Below, piece after piece: positions 36,701 to 49,330 of a stretch of DNA of 64,000 nt. Source of the stretch: Leucoraja erinacea (taxonomy: Eukaryota); NCBI RefSeq assembly GCF_028641065.1, contig NC_073404.1:13392001-13456000 (forward strand). Direction: 5' to 3'. The notes under the pieces were generated by a model. The model saw only the letters and a list, made by a program, of their open reading frames with translations, was not told where the DNA came from and made no database searches. Position numbers and translations under genes: made by a program. The number at the start of each line of letters is the position of its first letter. The first letter of the stretch is position 1.

Positions 36701-39337
36701 CGCCAGAACTGCCGGGTAGTGGAAGAGGGCGGGGTGCGGGGGCTGGGTCGAGGCGCCGGGCCTCTCCTCTTGCAGATGGAGCAGGGTAAGCACGGCCTGC
36801 TGCAGGGGCTCGGCCACTTCCCGCAGCCGGCACTGCGCCAGCCTGCACACCGCCTGGAAGCGCTCGGGCAGCGACGCCTCCAGGCCCAGCGGCCTCAGCC
36901 GCTGCGCGAAGAAGATCTCGGCCACCAGCACCCCGAAGGACTGCATGTCCCGCTGCAGCAGGCAGGACAAGCTGGGGATCGTGGGCCCGTCCCAGGCCGG
37001 GAGATCCGGCGGAGAGCTCTGCAGGCCCCGCGTCAGGAAGTTGCTCAGCTTCTCCAGCTCCTCCAAGGCCTGCAGTGGGTTGAAGCCCTCGGGCAGATGC
37101 ACCGGGCCCTCCTCCTTCTCGCCAGGTCCCCAGGCCTTGCTCTGCGGAGGGCCGGCAGGAGGGACATCCAAGGACGGGGCAGAGGGCCCGTCCAAGGCCG
37201 AAAGGGAATCGAGCGCCTCGGTGCCCTCCTCTAGATCCCCAGCCCCTTCTTCCTCCCCCACCGGAGCCTGGGCCCCTTCCTCCTCCTCAGGCGTCGCCCC
37301 ATCCGACCGGCCCTGCCCGCGCCATGCTTGGGGCCGGCCTGTGAGGGCCGGGGGCTCGGCGAGGGCCCAGGCCGGGCCCATCATGCGCTGTGGGTGCGGC
37401 TGGTCGAAGAGCTGCACCACCCCGTAGCAGGTGAGGTGGGTGTGGGCGTCGACCAATGGCAGGCAGATGTTCTTGGCCCGCACGGCCTCCCGGCCCGACA
37501 GCCTGTAGCCGAAGGTGAGGTCGAGCCAGTGGTGCAGTTCCTGCGACACCTCCCGCGACTCGAGCAGGCGGCGGTGCGCGGCCACGAAGGCGGCGGGGCC
37601 TTGGGTGCACCAGGCGGGCAGCTGGAGGTCGGCCATGTCGGGGTGCAGCGACTGGAACAGGGCGGGCTGGCTGTAGTACTCGGGGATGCACTCGTCGGGT
37701 GTCCAGGCCGCCATTCGCTCCACGCTGCCCGGGTACTCGTGCGGCTCCCACTGCGCGCGCACGTGGCGGCAGAGGAGCGCGCGCGGCGCACGCCGGGCCG
37801 TGTACACGTAGTAGGTGATGTCACTCAGCACGTCGGGGATGTGGTGCGGCACGTGCACGCGCGCGCCGGGGCCCCCGGCCTCCGCCCACAGCGCCTCTCG
37901 CGCCATCTGGTAGGTGAAGTCCAGCTGCTTGTCGCCCTTGGTCAGGCGGAACTTGGACTTGCGCAGGTCGCGGAAGCCGCCGTGCGGGCTGCTGAAGTCC
38001 ACCACCCAAGGCAGCACCGGGTGGTAGTTGGGATCGCCCGACCGTCGGCCCGCCAGCCTGTTCACACCCATCAAATAGGCAAAGTTACTGACCCGGCCCT
38101 GCACCCAGCCGGTCACCAGCTCCCGCAGGTCCCGGGGCTCCGAGCTGGGCTCCAAGGCCCCCGCTTCGTCTTCCTCCGGCTGTTGCTGCTGTTCCTCCTC
38201 CTCCTCCTCGTCGTCGTCATCCCCTTCGTAGTCGCCGAGGTTGAGGCGCACCTGGGTGAAGAGCTTCTCGTCCAGCGCCAGGTGTGCCAGCGTGAGGCCG
38301 CCGACAGCCAGCCCCTCCCGGTGACAGGCCCGGAGCGCCTGCAGGGCCTGGTACAGCACGAAGAGCACCTTGGCGTGGCTGCCAGCCAGCTTGGCGGGGC
38401 TGAAGGTGACGGCATCCCGCAGGGTGTAGCAGGGGAGCTGCTGCACCAGGTACAGGGCCTCGGTCGTCTCCAGCAGGGCGTGGGCCGGCAGCAGGTTGGG
38501 GTGGATAGGCCTTGGGGCGGGGGCTAGTGACGGGCCGCCCTCATGCGCCTCCACCCGCACTAAGCTGCAGCCCAGCGCCCGACTGAGGGCGGCCTTGAAG
38601 GCGTCGAGTGAAGCGGCCCGTGATGTGTGGGTAGGCAGGGCCGCGGCTGTTGGCGGGAAATAGGTGGCGGTGGGCGTGGCTTGTGACGAGGGGGTGGACG
38701 TGCAATGTGACGTCGAGGTGGGTGGAGCCAAATTAGGATTCGTGGGCTGGTTGGAGAGGTCGGGTGTCGTGAATTGTGACGTAGATTCGGGCGTGGCCTG
38801 CGACGTGGGCGGTGTCTGTGACGAGTAAGTGGGCGTGCCATATGACGTGGTCGTGGTCTGTGACGCGGATGTGGGCGTGGCATGGGACATTAACGGGGTC
38901 TGTGACGCGGATGTGGCCGTGGCCTTGTTCCTTGTTCTGCACCGCCCTGCGGCTGCGCAGTGCGCATGCGCTTCGCGCCACAGGTTGCGGAAGTTCTGCT
39001 CGGCCACATGGCTCATGAACCCGCAGAGGGAGTCGAGGTCGGGCGGCCCAGCGCCGGCCTCTGGCGGCTGCCAGCGGGACAGCCGTCTCTTCCGCACGCC
39101 CTGGATGGAGACGCGGGTCCAGCCGGCCGGCAGCTTGTAATTTGAGCGCTGCAGCAGGGCGGAGAGCTCGGCCGTGCTCAGACCTTCAGGCCGGGGGCAG
39201 GGGCCCGGCCAGCCCTGCCGCAGGCTACCGGCCCAGCGCGCCGGCACCAGGGCAACCAGCTGACGGCCCTCGCCCAGCGCCAGCTGCCGCCGCTCGATGC
39301 CCAGCTCCCGCTCCGCGCCGGACACTAGCCACTCCAT
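24404..39337 (-). CDS. WDR81: WD repeat-containing protein 81 (BEACH + WD40), join(39337-35746,35244-35137,34675-34488,34121-33940,32355-32190,30947-30806,30198-29554,28390-28245,27835-27656,24724-24404), ~1889 aa
   Basis: BEACH domain ([58 protein letters not shown]), C-terminal WD40 repeats ending [11 protein letters not shown], and a very large first coding exon as in other vertebrates. Confidence 0.96.
27656..27835 (-). CDS. WDR81: WDR81 exon
   Basis: HEFRLG...[43 protein letters not shown]; 180 nt. Confidence 0.93.
28245..28390 (-). CDS. WDR81: WDR81 exon
   Basis: [49 protein letters not shown]; phase 1-0. Confidence 0.92.
29554..30198 (-). CDS. WDR81: WDR81 exon (first WD repeats)
   Basis: NHELVW...[14 protein letters not shown]...[16 protein letters not shown]...TVHIWDQFT; phase 1-1. 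Confidence 0.93.
30806..30947 (-). CDS. WDR81: WDR81 exon
   Basis: AGESDTPW...[24 protein letters not shown]; phase 0-1. Confidence 0.88.
32190..32355 (-). CDS. WDR81: WDR81 exon
   Basis: [47 protein letters not shown]...; phase 2-0. Confidence 0.9.
32400..33577 (+). mobile_element. Tx1/L1-like LINE ORF2 C-terminal fragment in a WDR81 intron
   Basis: Frameshifted peptides [26 protein letters not shown] (Cys/His knuckle) and [12 protein letters not shown], with an A-rich 3' end at ~33568-33577. Confidence 0.6.
33940..34121 (-). CDS. WDR81: WDR81 exon
   Basis: [60 protein letters not shown]; phase 0-2. Confidence 0.92.
34488..34675 (-). CDS. WDR81: WDR81 exon
   Basis: GPEKQQFVL...[19 protein letters not shown]; phase 1-0. 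Confidence 0.92.
35137..35244 (-). CDS. WDR81: WDR81 exon
   Basis: [36 protein letters not shown]; 108 nt, phase 1-1. Confidence 0.93.
35746..39337 (-). CDS. WDR81: WDR81 first coding exon (3592 nt CDS; exon starts at acceptor 39391)
   Basis: 1222-aa ORF with BEACH domain; donor ...KEQKILL G|gtaatt at 35746. Confidence 0.95.
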
Positions 39338-40267
39338 CCTTCACCGCCCTGGGCCCCAGGCCGCCGGGTGGACAATGTCCAAGCACCCCACCTGCGAGGA
39401 ACAAAGAGGAGCGGGCTCAGGCTGTGAATCCCGCCGGGCATACACCCCCATCATTCACAAGGGCCCCACTCGACCCACAAATATTTCTCCCCATTCACCG
39501 AACACATCGCGCTCATTCACTCCGCGTCACCCTGCACCACTTGCAGAGATTGGTACCACAGACCACACAACCACGTCGGATCGCCGGACTCACCACACCC
39601 TTGACAAGGGTTCTCAGTCGTGGCATGCAAACAGAACGAGGCTCCCTCTACACTGTCCCATCACACACTCCCAGGATCAGATGCAGACACAGAATGAGGC
39701 TCCCACTCAGTCATTCCCAGCATTGGGGAGAGCGAAGCTCCTGCTACACTGACCCATAAGAATTAGCAGGAGTAGTCCTCAAGCCTGCGCTACCATTCAG
39801 ATATCACGGTTGATCTTCCTCAGTTTCATCCTCCATCGCTCTCCCCATATCCCTGATTTACTTAATGTCCAGAAATCTGATGATCTGTTTTGATTTTTAA
39901 GGTTAACAAAATTTAGATACGTGCATGGATAGGAAAGAAATAGAGGGATGTGGGTCAAATACAGGTGAATGGGTCAAGCGTAGATGGGCATATTGGTCAA
40001 CATGGAAACAGGCCGAGCCTGCAGAGAGTGATGGACTTAGTCCAGTCCATCACAGGCAGAACCCTCAACAACATTGAAAACTCCTTCAGAGGAAAACAAC
40101 TATCATCAGGGATCTGGGCCATGCTCTCTTCTCACTGCCACCATCGGGCAGGAAGTACAGAAGCCTGAAGTCCCACACAACCAGGTTCATAATTTCAGAA
40201 GTGATAGGAGCAGAATTAGGCCTTTCGCCCATCACATCTTGTCCACCATTCAATCATGGCTGATATA

Positions 40268-41837
40268 CAGTGCCCTCCATAATGTTTGGGACAAAGACCC
40301 ATCATTTATTTATTTTGCCACAATTTGAGATTTGTAATAGAGAAAAAAAAATCACATGTGGTTAAAGTGCACATTGTCAGATTTTATTAAAGGCTATTTT
40401 TACACATTTTGGTTTCACCATGTAGAAATTACAGCTGTGTTTATACATGGTCCCTTCACTTCAGGGCACCATAATGTTTGGGGCTTCAAAGGCGTTTGTA
40501 ATTGCTCAGGTGTTTAATTGCCTCCTTAATGCAGGTATAAGAGAGCTCTCAGCACCTAGTCCTTCCATCACATTTGGAAACTTATATTGCTGTTTGTCAA
40601 CATGAGGACCAAAGTTGTACCAATGCAAGTCAAAGAAGCCATTATGAAACTGAGAAACAAGAATAAAACTGTTAGAGACATCAGCCAAACCGTAGGCTTA
40701 CCAAAACCAACTGTATGGAACATCATTAAGAAGAAAGAGCACTGGTGAGTTTACTAATCACAAAGGGACTGGCAGGCCACGGATAACCTCCACAGCTGAT
40801 AACAGAAAAATTCTCTATAATAAAGAAAAATCCCCAAACACCTGTCCGACAGATCAGAAACACTCTTCAGGAGTCAGGTGTGGATTTGTCAATGACCACT
40901 GTCCGCAGAAGACTTCATGAACAGAAATGCAGCGGCTATGTGGTTTTCAAGATGCAAACCACTGGTTAGCTGCAAAAATATGATGGCCGGGTTACAGTTT
41001 GCCAAGAAGTACTTAAAAGAGGAACCACAGTTCTAGAAAATGGTCTTGTGGACAGATGAGACGAAGATTAACTTAGAGTGATGGCAAGAGCAAAGTATGG
41101 AGGAGAGAAGGAACTGTCAAGATCAAAAGCTGCTGAAGGTACTGGCTCAATTATCTTCATTGATGATACAACTGCTGGTGGTAGTAGCATAATGAATTCT
41201 GAAGTGTATAGACACATCCTCTCTGCTCAAGTTCAAACAAATGCTTCAAAACTCATTGGCCGGCGGTTCATTGTACAGCAAGACAATGATCCCTAATTGT
41301 ATCAAGACAATGATCCCATACTGCTAAAGCATCAAAGGAGTTTTTCAAAGCTAAAAAACGATAAATTCTGGAGTGGCCAAGTCAGTCACCCGATCTGAAC
41401 CCAATGGAACATGCCTTTCACATGCTGAAGTAAAAAATGAAGGGTGCTAGCCTCCAAAACAAACATAAGCTAAAGATGGCTGCAATACAGGCCTGGCAGA
41501 GCATCACCAGAGAAGACACCCAGCAACTGGTGATGTCCATGAATTGCAGACTTCAAGCAGTCATTGCATGCAAAAGATATGCAACAAAATATTAAACATG
41601 ACTACTTTCATTTACATGACATTGCTGTGTCCCGAACATTATGGTGCCCTGAAATGTGGGGACATGTATAAACACTGCTGTAATTTCTACATGGTGAAAC
41701 TAAAATGTGTAAAAACGGCTATTAAAATCTGACAATGTGCAGATGTGATTTTTTTCTGTTCCATATCTCAAATGTTGGAGTACAGAGGCAAATAAATAAA
41801 TGATGGGTCGTTGTCCCAAACATTATGGAGGGCACTA
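40268..41837 (+). mobile_element. Tc1/mariner DNA transposon (IR/DR type), defective
   Basis: Ends are TA|CAGTGCCCTCCATAATGTTTGGGACAA... and ...TTGTCCCAAACATTATGGAGGGCACTA|TA. TIRs are ~210 bp with an inner repeat of the outer motif. A broken transposase starts at ATG 40602 and shows WTDETKI, QQDNDP and WPSQSPDLNPMEH, with stops and frameshifts. Confidence 0.92.
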
Positions 41838-42479
41838 TAGGTCGTTTCAAGAACACCTACAATCCTATAACCCCAATCCTAGCTCCGCAACCGACACATA
41901 ACAAAACATCGCAGACCACCTCTTGCACTACCATGGACTTTTTCTTTAACTATGTTTTTGTACAAATTCTAGACGTTTTGCATTTTATTATATTTGTATA
42001 ATTTGATTTGTATGTTATCTGAGTCTGTGTGCCTGTATCTGCAAGCAAGGTTAAATTTTTCCTATAACTCACTTCATGTGTATGCCAATAAAATCAACTT
42101 GAACTATTTAAGTATGAATCTATGAACGAACTTGATGACGGAGCCTCCAGCCCATCTGGGTTCAACAATTCCAATGTTCACCACCCTTGGAGAAGAAATT
42201 TCTCACCTAGTCCAAGGCAACCTGTCCCTTATTCTACTCTCCCATCCTTCTGGACTTTAACCTTTGTGCATCCGGATGTTTTAGCCTTTGAAGAATTATC
42301 AAAGTTTGAGATTTTCTGTCCTTTTTCTAAACTAGAGCACGCCATCCCAGTCTGGTTGATCTTTCTCCTGACAGCACATCCTCTGTCCAGGGCACCAAGC
42401 TGGTGACATTGACCACACTCCTTCTGTGGTCAATAGATAAAGAGAACAGAACCTCTGCCTATCCCTATTCATATCCAAG

Positions 42480-43330
42480 TTCCTACCTAAAAGCCCCTTG
42501 CATGTCATTATTGTATCTTCTGCAAGTTCCAGCCCACCATTCTGCACACAAAAAAAAAATTGCCCTGCACATATCCTCTAAGTATTGCCCCTCTCACCTT
42601 AACTGTCTTTCATAATTGTATACACTCTGATGCTCCAGAAAAAACAATCTCTGCGTGTCTACCTTTCCTCATAGCTAATGCCATCCAATCCAGGAAGCAT
42701 TCTGGTAAACCTCTTCTGCACCCTCTCCAAAGCCTCCACATCCTTCCAGTAAAGGGACAACCAGAACTGCACACAATACTTCAGATGGGGCCTAACCAAA
42801 GTCCAATAAAGTTGCAATACGACTTCCTGACTCTTATACTCAATGCCGTAACCATTGAAGGGAAACATACCATACGCCTTCTTTACCATTATCTATTTGT
42901 GTTGCCACTTTCAGGGAGCTATGGACTTGAACATTAATTCTGAACATCAATTCTGTTCAGGATCCTGCCATTGCAAGAACTTTCTCCTTACATTCGACCA
43001 CCCAATGTGTAACAACACACTTGCTCAGATTAAACTCCACGTGTCATTTCTCTGCACCTTTCTATATCTGATCTACATCCCACCGTATATTTTGACAGTG
43101 CTGTCTGCAAACTTACTGACCAATCCATCTACATTTACATCCAAACCATTTATATAAATCACAGACAACAGATCTCAGCAAAGATCCCTGCCGAACTCCA
43201 CTGGTCACAGACCTCCAGCCAGAATAACATCCTTCCACCACAAAGCATCCAGGTCACCTTTGATCCCATGCATCCTAATCTTGTGGATCAAACTATCATG
43301 CGGACAACATCCACTGGCCTACCCTCATTC
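42480..43330 (-). mobile_element. Degenerate CR1 LINE fragment
   Basis: VKKAYGMF...LQLYWTLVRPHLKYCVQFW...ALERVQKRFTRMLPGL. Confidence 0.8.
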
Positions 43331-43809
43331 TTAAAACAACTCAATCATTCCCATATCCCATCTCCTTGCTTCACCATATCATGAACTTATTCAAAGTAGT
43401 TCTGGAGAAGATAGGTTTCTAAATCATCGTCCTAAATTGGGGTAAGGCTTTTTTCAATATCACAGAAGGGCCTGGAAAAGGGCAGCTATAGCAACTCCTC
43501 GTGTCTACATCTAACACAAGGAGTCACTCGAAAAGGGAAATAGTGAGCGTTCAGGGTCATCTTGTTCGTAGGGTAAAACGCAAGGGAAAAGAGGAAGCAT
43601 GAAGCAGGACTACAGAATTGAAAGCAACGGAGGCCGCCATAGGTATAAACATTGTGCGGGGGGTGAGAGATACTTAGGAAGGAACTTGTGTGTCCCAGGC
43701 TGCTCTGGTATGCAGGGTGCCCCGGTCCCCGAATGTGATGTCAAATCTTCATTGGCCACATGAATGTTAACTGATGGAAGGACAGCAAATGACCTACTTT
43801 TATTCAACA

Positions 43810-44220
43810 CAGGGATAAGCCTGGCAACTACAGGCCAATGAATTCCCTGTCAGTGGTAGAGAAATTATTGGAAAAATAAATCTGAGGGACAAGATCAATC
43901 TGCATCTGGACAGGCAGGAGTTACTCACAGAAAGCCAGTAGAGTCTGTTGGGGAGAGATACTCTCTGATCAATATGGTTGAATTTTTTGAAAATGTAAGA
44001 AAATGTATTACTGAGGGCAATGCGGGTGATTAGGGCAACATGGACTCAAGTAAAGCCTTTGACAAGGTTCCATACGGGAGATTCGTTCAAAGGGTTAGAG
44101 CGGGGGGGGGGGGGGGGGGTGAGGGCAAATGTATCAGGAGTCAGAGGGTTTTTTACGATTGGAAGCCGGAGACCAGTGGTGTGCCCCAGGGATGTACTGG
44201 GACCCTTACTCTTCACCATG
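43810..44220 (+). mobile_element. Degenerate CR1 reverse-transcriptase fragment
   Basis: PGNYRP-like motif, SKAFDKVPYGR and TSGVPQG. Confidence 0.7.
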
Positions 44221-45731
44221 TGGATCAGGGGCTCCCCACCTTTTTCGTCCCGTTTACCCCTAGCAACTTTAATAGCATATAACAATGTTATTTCACTTAT
44301 TTATGAACAACTAATGATGAACAGATACCAGAACCAAACACAGTCAGACAATGAGAAAAAACATGTACAAATCCAGAATCAACAAATTTACCCCCTGGTT
44401 AGGCAAAATTTATCCCAGGTTGGGAACCCTTGATGTAGATTAACAAGTTGGCTGTATTTACAGGAGGCACAATAAGTTGCTTTGCACATTATGTGAAAAT
44501 TGGAAGTGTGGATAGTCATACGCTACACAATGAGAATCATCAGTTGGTAAAGTCTGCAGTGAAATTGCATTTGCAATTGTGAGTTGCTATGGGCAAGATG
44601 AGGGAGAGACACATATTGTGAATGGTAGAGCAGGAGGGAATACTGAGGAATGGATGGAGGGGTTCTCCAGTGAAGGTGCGTAGAACACTGCGGTACTGGA
44701 ACAGGTCCTTCAGCCCACAATATTTGGGCCAAACATTATGCCAAATTATCTCATCTGCCTGTACATGATCCACATCCCTCTATTCCCTTCAGTTTTATAT
44801 GTCTATCTAAAAACCTCTTAAACGCCACTATCGTAACTACCTCCACCACGACCCATGGCAATGGGTTTCAGGTCCCCACCACTCTGTGCAAAAAAATGTG
44901 TCCTACGTATCTCCATTAAACTTTCCCCCTCTCGCCATTGAGCTGTGCCCTCTCTCTAGTGTTGGATGTTTGCACCCTGGGGGAAAATACTCTCTACCCT
45001 GTCTATGCCTCTCAATTTGATATAGAGATCTCTCTACACGTGCACCCCACCCACTGTACCTTGGGGACCTGGGCTGCAGAGTGCAACAGGGTTTCCAGTT
45101 GGTTCTGCCTGCAGGAGTCTGCGCTCCATATTTTCCTGGAGTAAGGTTGCAGCCTCTGTGAGGCTGTTCCTCAGGTTCTGACTGCACTTCAGCCCCACTC
45201 TCCCAGTGCAGGGGGGAGGGGGTAAGTAGAGGAGTAAGGAGGGTTGGGGGGGAGTGCTGACAAGAACCTTCTTGTCAAACAGACTAATGGCCTGCATTAG
45301 TCTCCCAAGGGAACATCCATAGAGGTTCTCCACGTGTCTTTCAGAACCAAAGGCAAGGGTACATCGCAGAGCACGGTGATTGCATTGTAATCTAAACGTT
45401 TTGCTGATCTTTTAAATTATTATATAAAGTTTAACACAGAATAAAGCACTCTGCCCACCATCCCATCACGCACTCGCAGGGTTAAACACAGATTAAAACT
45501 CCTTCTACACCGTCCCATCACACACTCCCTGGGTCAGGCACACAGTGAAGCTCGCTCTACACTGAAGTTCCCGGTACCGCCACACACTCCCGAGGCAGGC
45601 ATTGCAATGGGCTGGAGAGTAAAGCGTTCTCTCTATCTGTTCCTGACATGGCCGCGCCCCATCTCCCGCTACTCGCAGCCTTCATCCCCACCCACTCTCC
45701 CGGCCGCCACCCGGTCGGGTCCCCGACTCAC

Positions 45732-45860
45732 CGTCCGCCACCCCTTCTGTGTCTGGGAGAGCCGCTGGCGTGGTGGGGGGGGGGGGGGGAGGTCAGGTGA
45801 CCGGTCATGTGCCGCCCGCCTTGTTACAACGCGGGCACGTGACCCGGAACACGGAAACAG
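45732..45860 (-). promoter_or_regulatory. Probable WDR81 promoter and non-coding exon 1 (CpG-rich; CLEAR/E-boxes, ETS sites, GC box)
   Basis: Donor CG|gtgagt at 45732. Motifs GGTCAGGTGACC 45791-45802, GGTCATGTG 45803-45811, GGCACGTGACC 45834-45844, CCGGAA and CCGCCC. The acceptor at 39392 upstream of the ATG implies a 5' non-coding exon. Confidence 0.55.
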
Positions 45861-47161
45861 ATGAAGTGCTGAGAGCTGTGTTTGTGGCCGCTAGGGAGAG
45901 GGGCGGACAAGGGGGAGAGAGAATGAAAGAGAACATCAGGAGAGAACGAGGGGCAAGAGAAAATGAAAGCGAGGGAGGTGGGAACGAGGAGGGAGAAAAA
46001 GGACGAAAGAGAGATGGAGGAATGGGGGGGGGGGGGGGGGGAGAGATGGGGAAAGAGGAGGGGTCGGGAACAGAAGGTGGGGAAATGGGGGAGAGGAGGA
46101 AAAGAGAGAACTGGGGAGGGGTAGCATGGACAATGTGGGCTAAGTGTCGATTTCTGTGCTGTGCATGATGTTAAGAAGCTCCTTGTCACCTGTATTTCAA
46201 ACATTGCCCACTAATTTGTGGATACCCCCACTAGGGGACTCGTCCTCCAGCACCCAACCCCTTCTTGCAACCAGCTCTTGTCAAATTTTAACTGAGAGCA
46301 TCACGCGCTCCATACATCAGCCAGTGAACCTTCCCTACTCTGTCTGCGCTTAACGGCGTTCCTTAAATACAGAGACCGATCTGTTCACCGCGCTCTGGGC
46401 TCGGTTTCCGCCGTGCCCTGTAACACAACATCACATTTTGATCTGTTGAGTTTAGTTTATTGTCGCGCTACTGAGGTACAACGAAAAGCTTTTGTTGCGT
46501 GCTAACCAGTCAGCGGAAAGTCAATACATGATTACAATTGAACCATCCACAGTTCCCTCACGTCTTGCAATGAAGACCACCATTGAACCGCACACCAATC
46601 TGTTGCGTTTCATGTACTGGTGCCCAGATCTCCACCACAATGTCGTGTGGCCTCCCTCCATTCAAATAATGCTTTGCTCTTCCTTCCAAAAAGAGGAGAA
46701 ACCTCACCCTTTCCCCATTTTACGTTCCACCTGCCTCTTTGTTCACCCACTGAGTCTGTCTCTGTCCCTCTGCAGGCTCACAACTTGCTGGCCAACCTAT
46801 CTCTGTATCATAGGTACACAAAAATGCTGGAGAAACTCAGCGGGTGCAGCAGCATCTATGGAGCGAAGGAGATAGGCAACGTTTCGGCTCGAAACGTCGC
46901 CTATCTCCTTCGATCCATAGATGCTGCTGCAGCCGCTGAGTTTCTCCAGCATTTTTGTCTGCCTTCGATTTTCCCGCATCCGCAGTTCCTTCTGCATCTG
47001 CACTTTAGTCTGTTGAACTGTTTTGACTGTTTTACTGTTCTTTTTACAATCCATGTTCTCGGGATATCTAAATCCAAATTTTATTAGTTATTTATGTTAT
47101 GACATCGGTTGGAAGCTGCATACCAAATCTCGTTGCGCTTATGTGCAATGACAATAAAATA

Positions 47162-47162
<1 letters not shown>

Positions 47163-47192
<30 letters not shown>
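47163..47192. repeat. (ATT)n microsatellite, the tail of a retroposon fragment
   Basis: Follows ...GCAATGACAATAAAAT. Confidence 0.85.
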
Positions 47193-47194
<2 letters not shown>

Positions 47195-48619
47195 ACACAA
47201 ATATCTCTCTATCATCCCCAGCCTGCACCCAGTCACTTTGTTCAAGTCATTAATGTAGACTACACAGTTCAGGCTCTGGCACCCAGTTACCCACTGACTG
47301 CCATTCAGAAAATTATGTATGTATGCTGAGTTTTATGTTTTCCAGTGATCACCCAATTCCTGATCCTGGACAATGTATTCGACCCAATCCCCGATGCTCC
47401 CGCTGTGCGCAGTAAGTTCTGATGCACTGCCTTACTGAATTGATTTCTGAAAAGCCAGATACATGATGCCGACTGGTTCCCCTTCATCCACCTTCTCTGT
47501 TGTATTCTCACAGAATGTGTCATGGTACCAGACCTGAACTGTGTTCAGCCCTGGATCACCCCGTGTGTGACCCGTGTTACTGTCCCAGACTTGATCTGTG
47601 TCAGGCCTAGACCAGCCTGCGTGGGACCTGTGGCAATCTCTGATCTACCGCGATGTTACGTGGAAGCGGTGAGGATGAGAGCTCTGTGACTGTGGGTTGG
47701 AGTTTGAGACTCTGAGGTCAGTCCGTGTGCTGACACCAGCCTGCAGCAGCTTCGTAAACCGGTCATTTCTTGTCAACAGAAGCCACATCCTGCGTCATGC
47801 GCCCGGGCCTCTGGCTATCTGAGCTACCATCAGTGTGTGTCTGTGCTGCGCTGCGTGCGGTGGTGGAGATTAGTTGGGCAATGTGTGGGACTTTAATCCA
47901 CCTTGCTTACAAACCAGTCACAGTTATTTGGTTTCACCCTTCGATGCTGAAGAATGTGATGTCCTTCCGTTTACTGCAGTGTCCTAACCTCATGGCCTGA
48001 TCTCTCGTGGGCTGCTTGATTTAGTTTAGTTTAAAGATACAGCATGGAAAGAGGCGCTTCGGCCCACTGAGTCCCCGCCCGTCCATTGATCACCCATTCA
48101 CACTAATTCTAAGTTATCCCACCTTTGCATCCACTCCCTGCACACGAAGGGCAATTTACAGAGACCAATGAACCGACAAACCCGCACGTGTTTGGGACAT
48201 GGGATGAAACCGAAGCACCCGGAGGAAACCCATGCGGTCAAAGGGCGAACGTGCAAACTCCACACAGACAGCACCCAAGGTCAGGATCAACCGAATCTCT
48301 GGTAGAGTGAGGCGGCAGCTCTGCCAGCTGCACCACTATGTGGTTGTTAAGCAACACAGATGGGTCATTGTGCCAGTGGTGGTCTATCCCCTTTCATAGT
48401 CTGGGTCTCACACGAGTTTGTCCCTGTCTGAAAGAACATGCGACTTTTGACTGACGTTAGTTTGTGCCCACTGGCGTGAAGCCAGAATGTAGTTTATTGT
48501 CACGAATTCCGAGTTTCAGTGGAAAGCTTTCTGTTGCGTGCTAAACAGTCAGCGGAAAGACTTTACAATGATTACAATTGAGCCGCCCGCAGTGTACAGA
48601 TACATTATGTTATATTGAC

Positions 48620-49330
48620 GTGATCTTTGACTCCGCCATGTTGTCAAAACATCATGTTTGCACCTACGCAACATTGCCAAAATCAGACCCTCTCTCACAC
48701 CCCCCCCCCCCCCCGCTGCTGATAGACTCATCCATGCCTTCATCTCCTCCCGACTGGACTACTGTAACTCTTCTCTTTGGCATTAATTCCAGCAACATCA
48801 ACCGACTCCAACTGGTCCAGAATGCAGCCGCCCGACTCATTACCCACACCAAATCCTGGCACCACATCACCCCAATCCTCAAAGAACTTCACTGGCTTCC
48901 CATTTCCCACCGGATCATCTACAAAATCCTGGTTCTCACCTACAAAGCCCTCAACCACTTGCCCCCCCCTTATCTCACTGACCTCCTCTCCCCCTACCAA
49001 CCCTCACGGTCCCTCAGATCCATTTCAGCCGGTCTCCTCTCCATTCTGAAATCCAACCTCTGCACTTTTGGAGACAGAGCCTTCTCCAGGGCAGCTCCCA
49101 GGCTCTGGAACTCCCTCCCACAATTGATCCGAACTTTTGAGTCCCTCACCATCTTCCAGTCCCGCCTCAAGACCCATCTCTTCACCTCTGCATATCCTTA
49201 GTCCCATGTCCCCCTCCCCTTTGCATCTCTGTCTTACTGCTCTATTTTGTTTTGTTCTTGACTCACCATGTAAAGCGACTTTGAGTCCTTGAAAAGCGCT
49301 ATACAAATAAAATGTATTATTGTTATTATA
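48620..49330 (+). mobile_element. L2-clade LINE 3' end
   Basis: RLQLVQNAAARLIT...HITPILKELHWLPISHRIIYKILVLTYKAL...GDRAFSRAAPRLWNSLP, with tail AAAGCGCTATACAAATAAAATGTATTATT. Confidence 0.9.

Noticed and set aside
35148-39140. Long plus-strand ORFs (322 aa, 399 aa and others)
   Set aside because: Antisense shadows of the GC-rich WDR81 exon, with no recognisable domains.
48510-48532. GAGTTTCAGTGGAAAGCTTT resembles miR-22-5p
   Set aside because: It is part of a dispersed repeat (...GAAAAGCTTTTGTTGCGTGCTAACCAGTCAGCGGAAAGAC, also at ~255, 2545 and 46485), and there is no 3p arm or hairpin.
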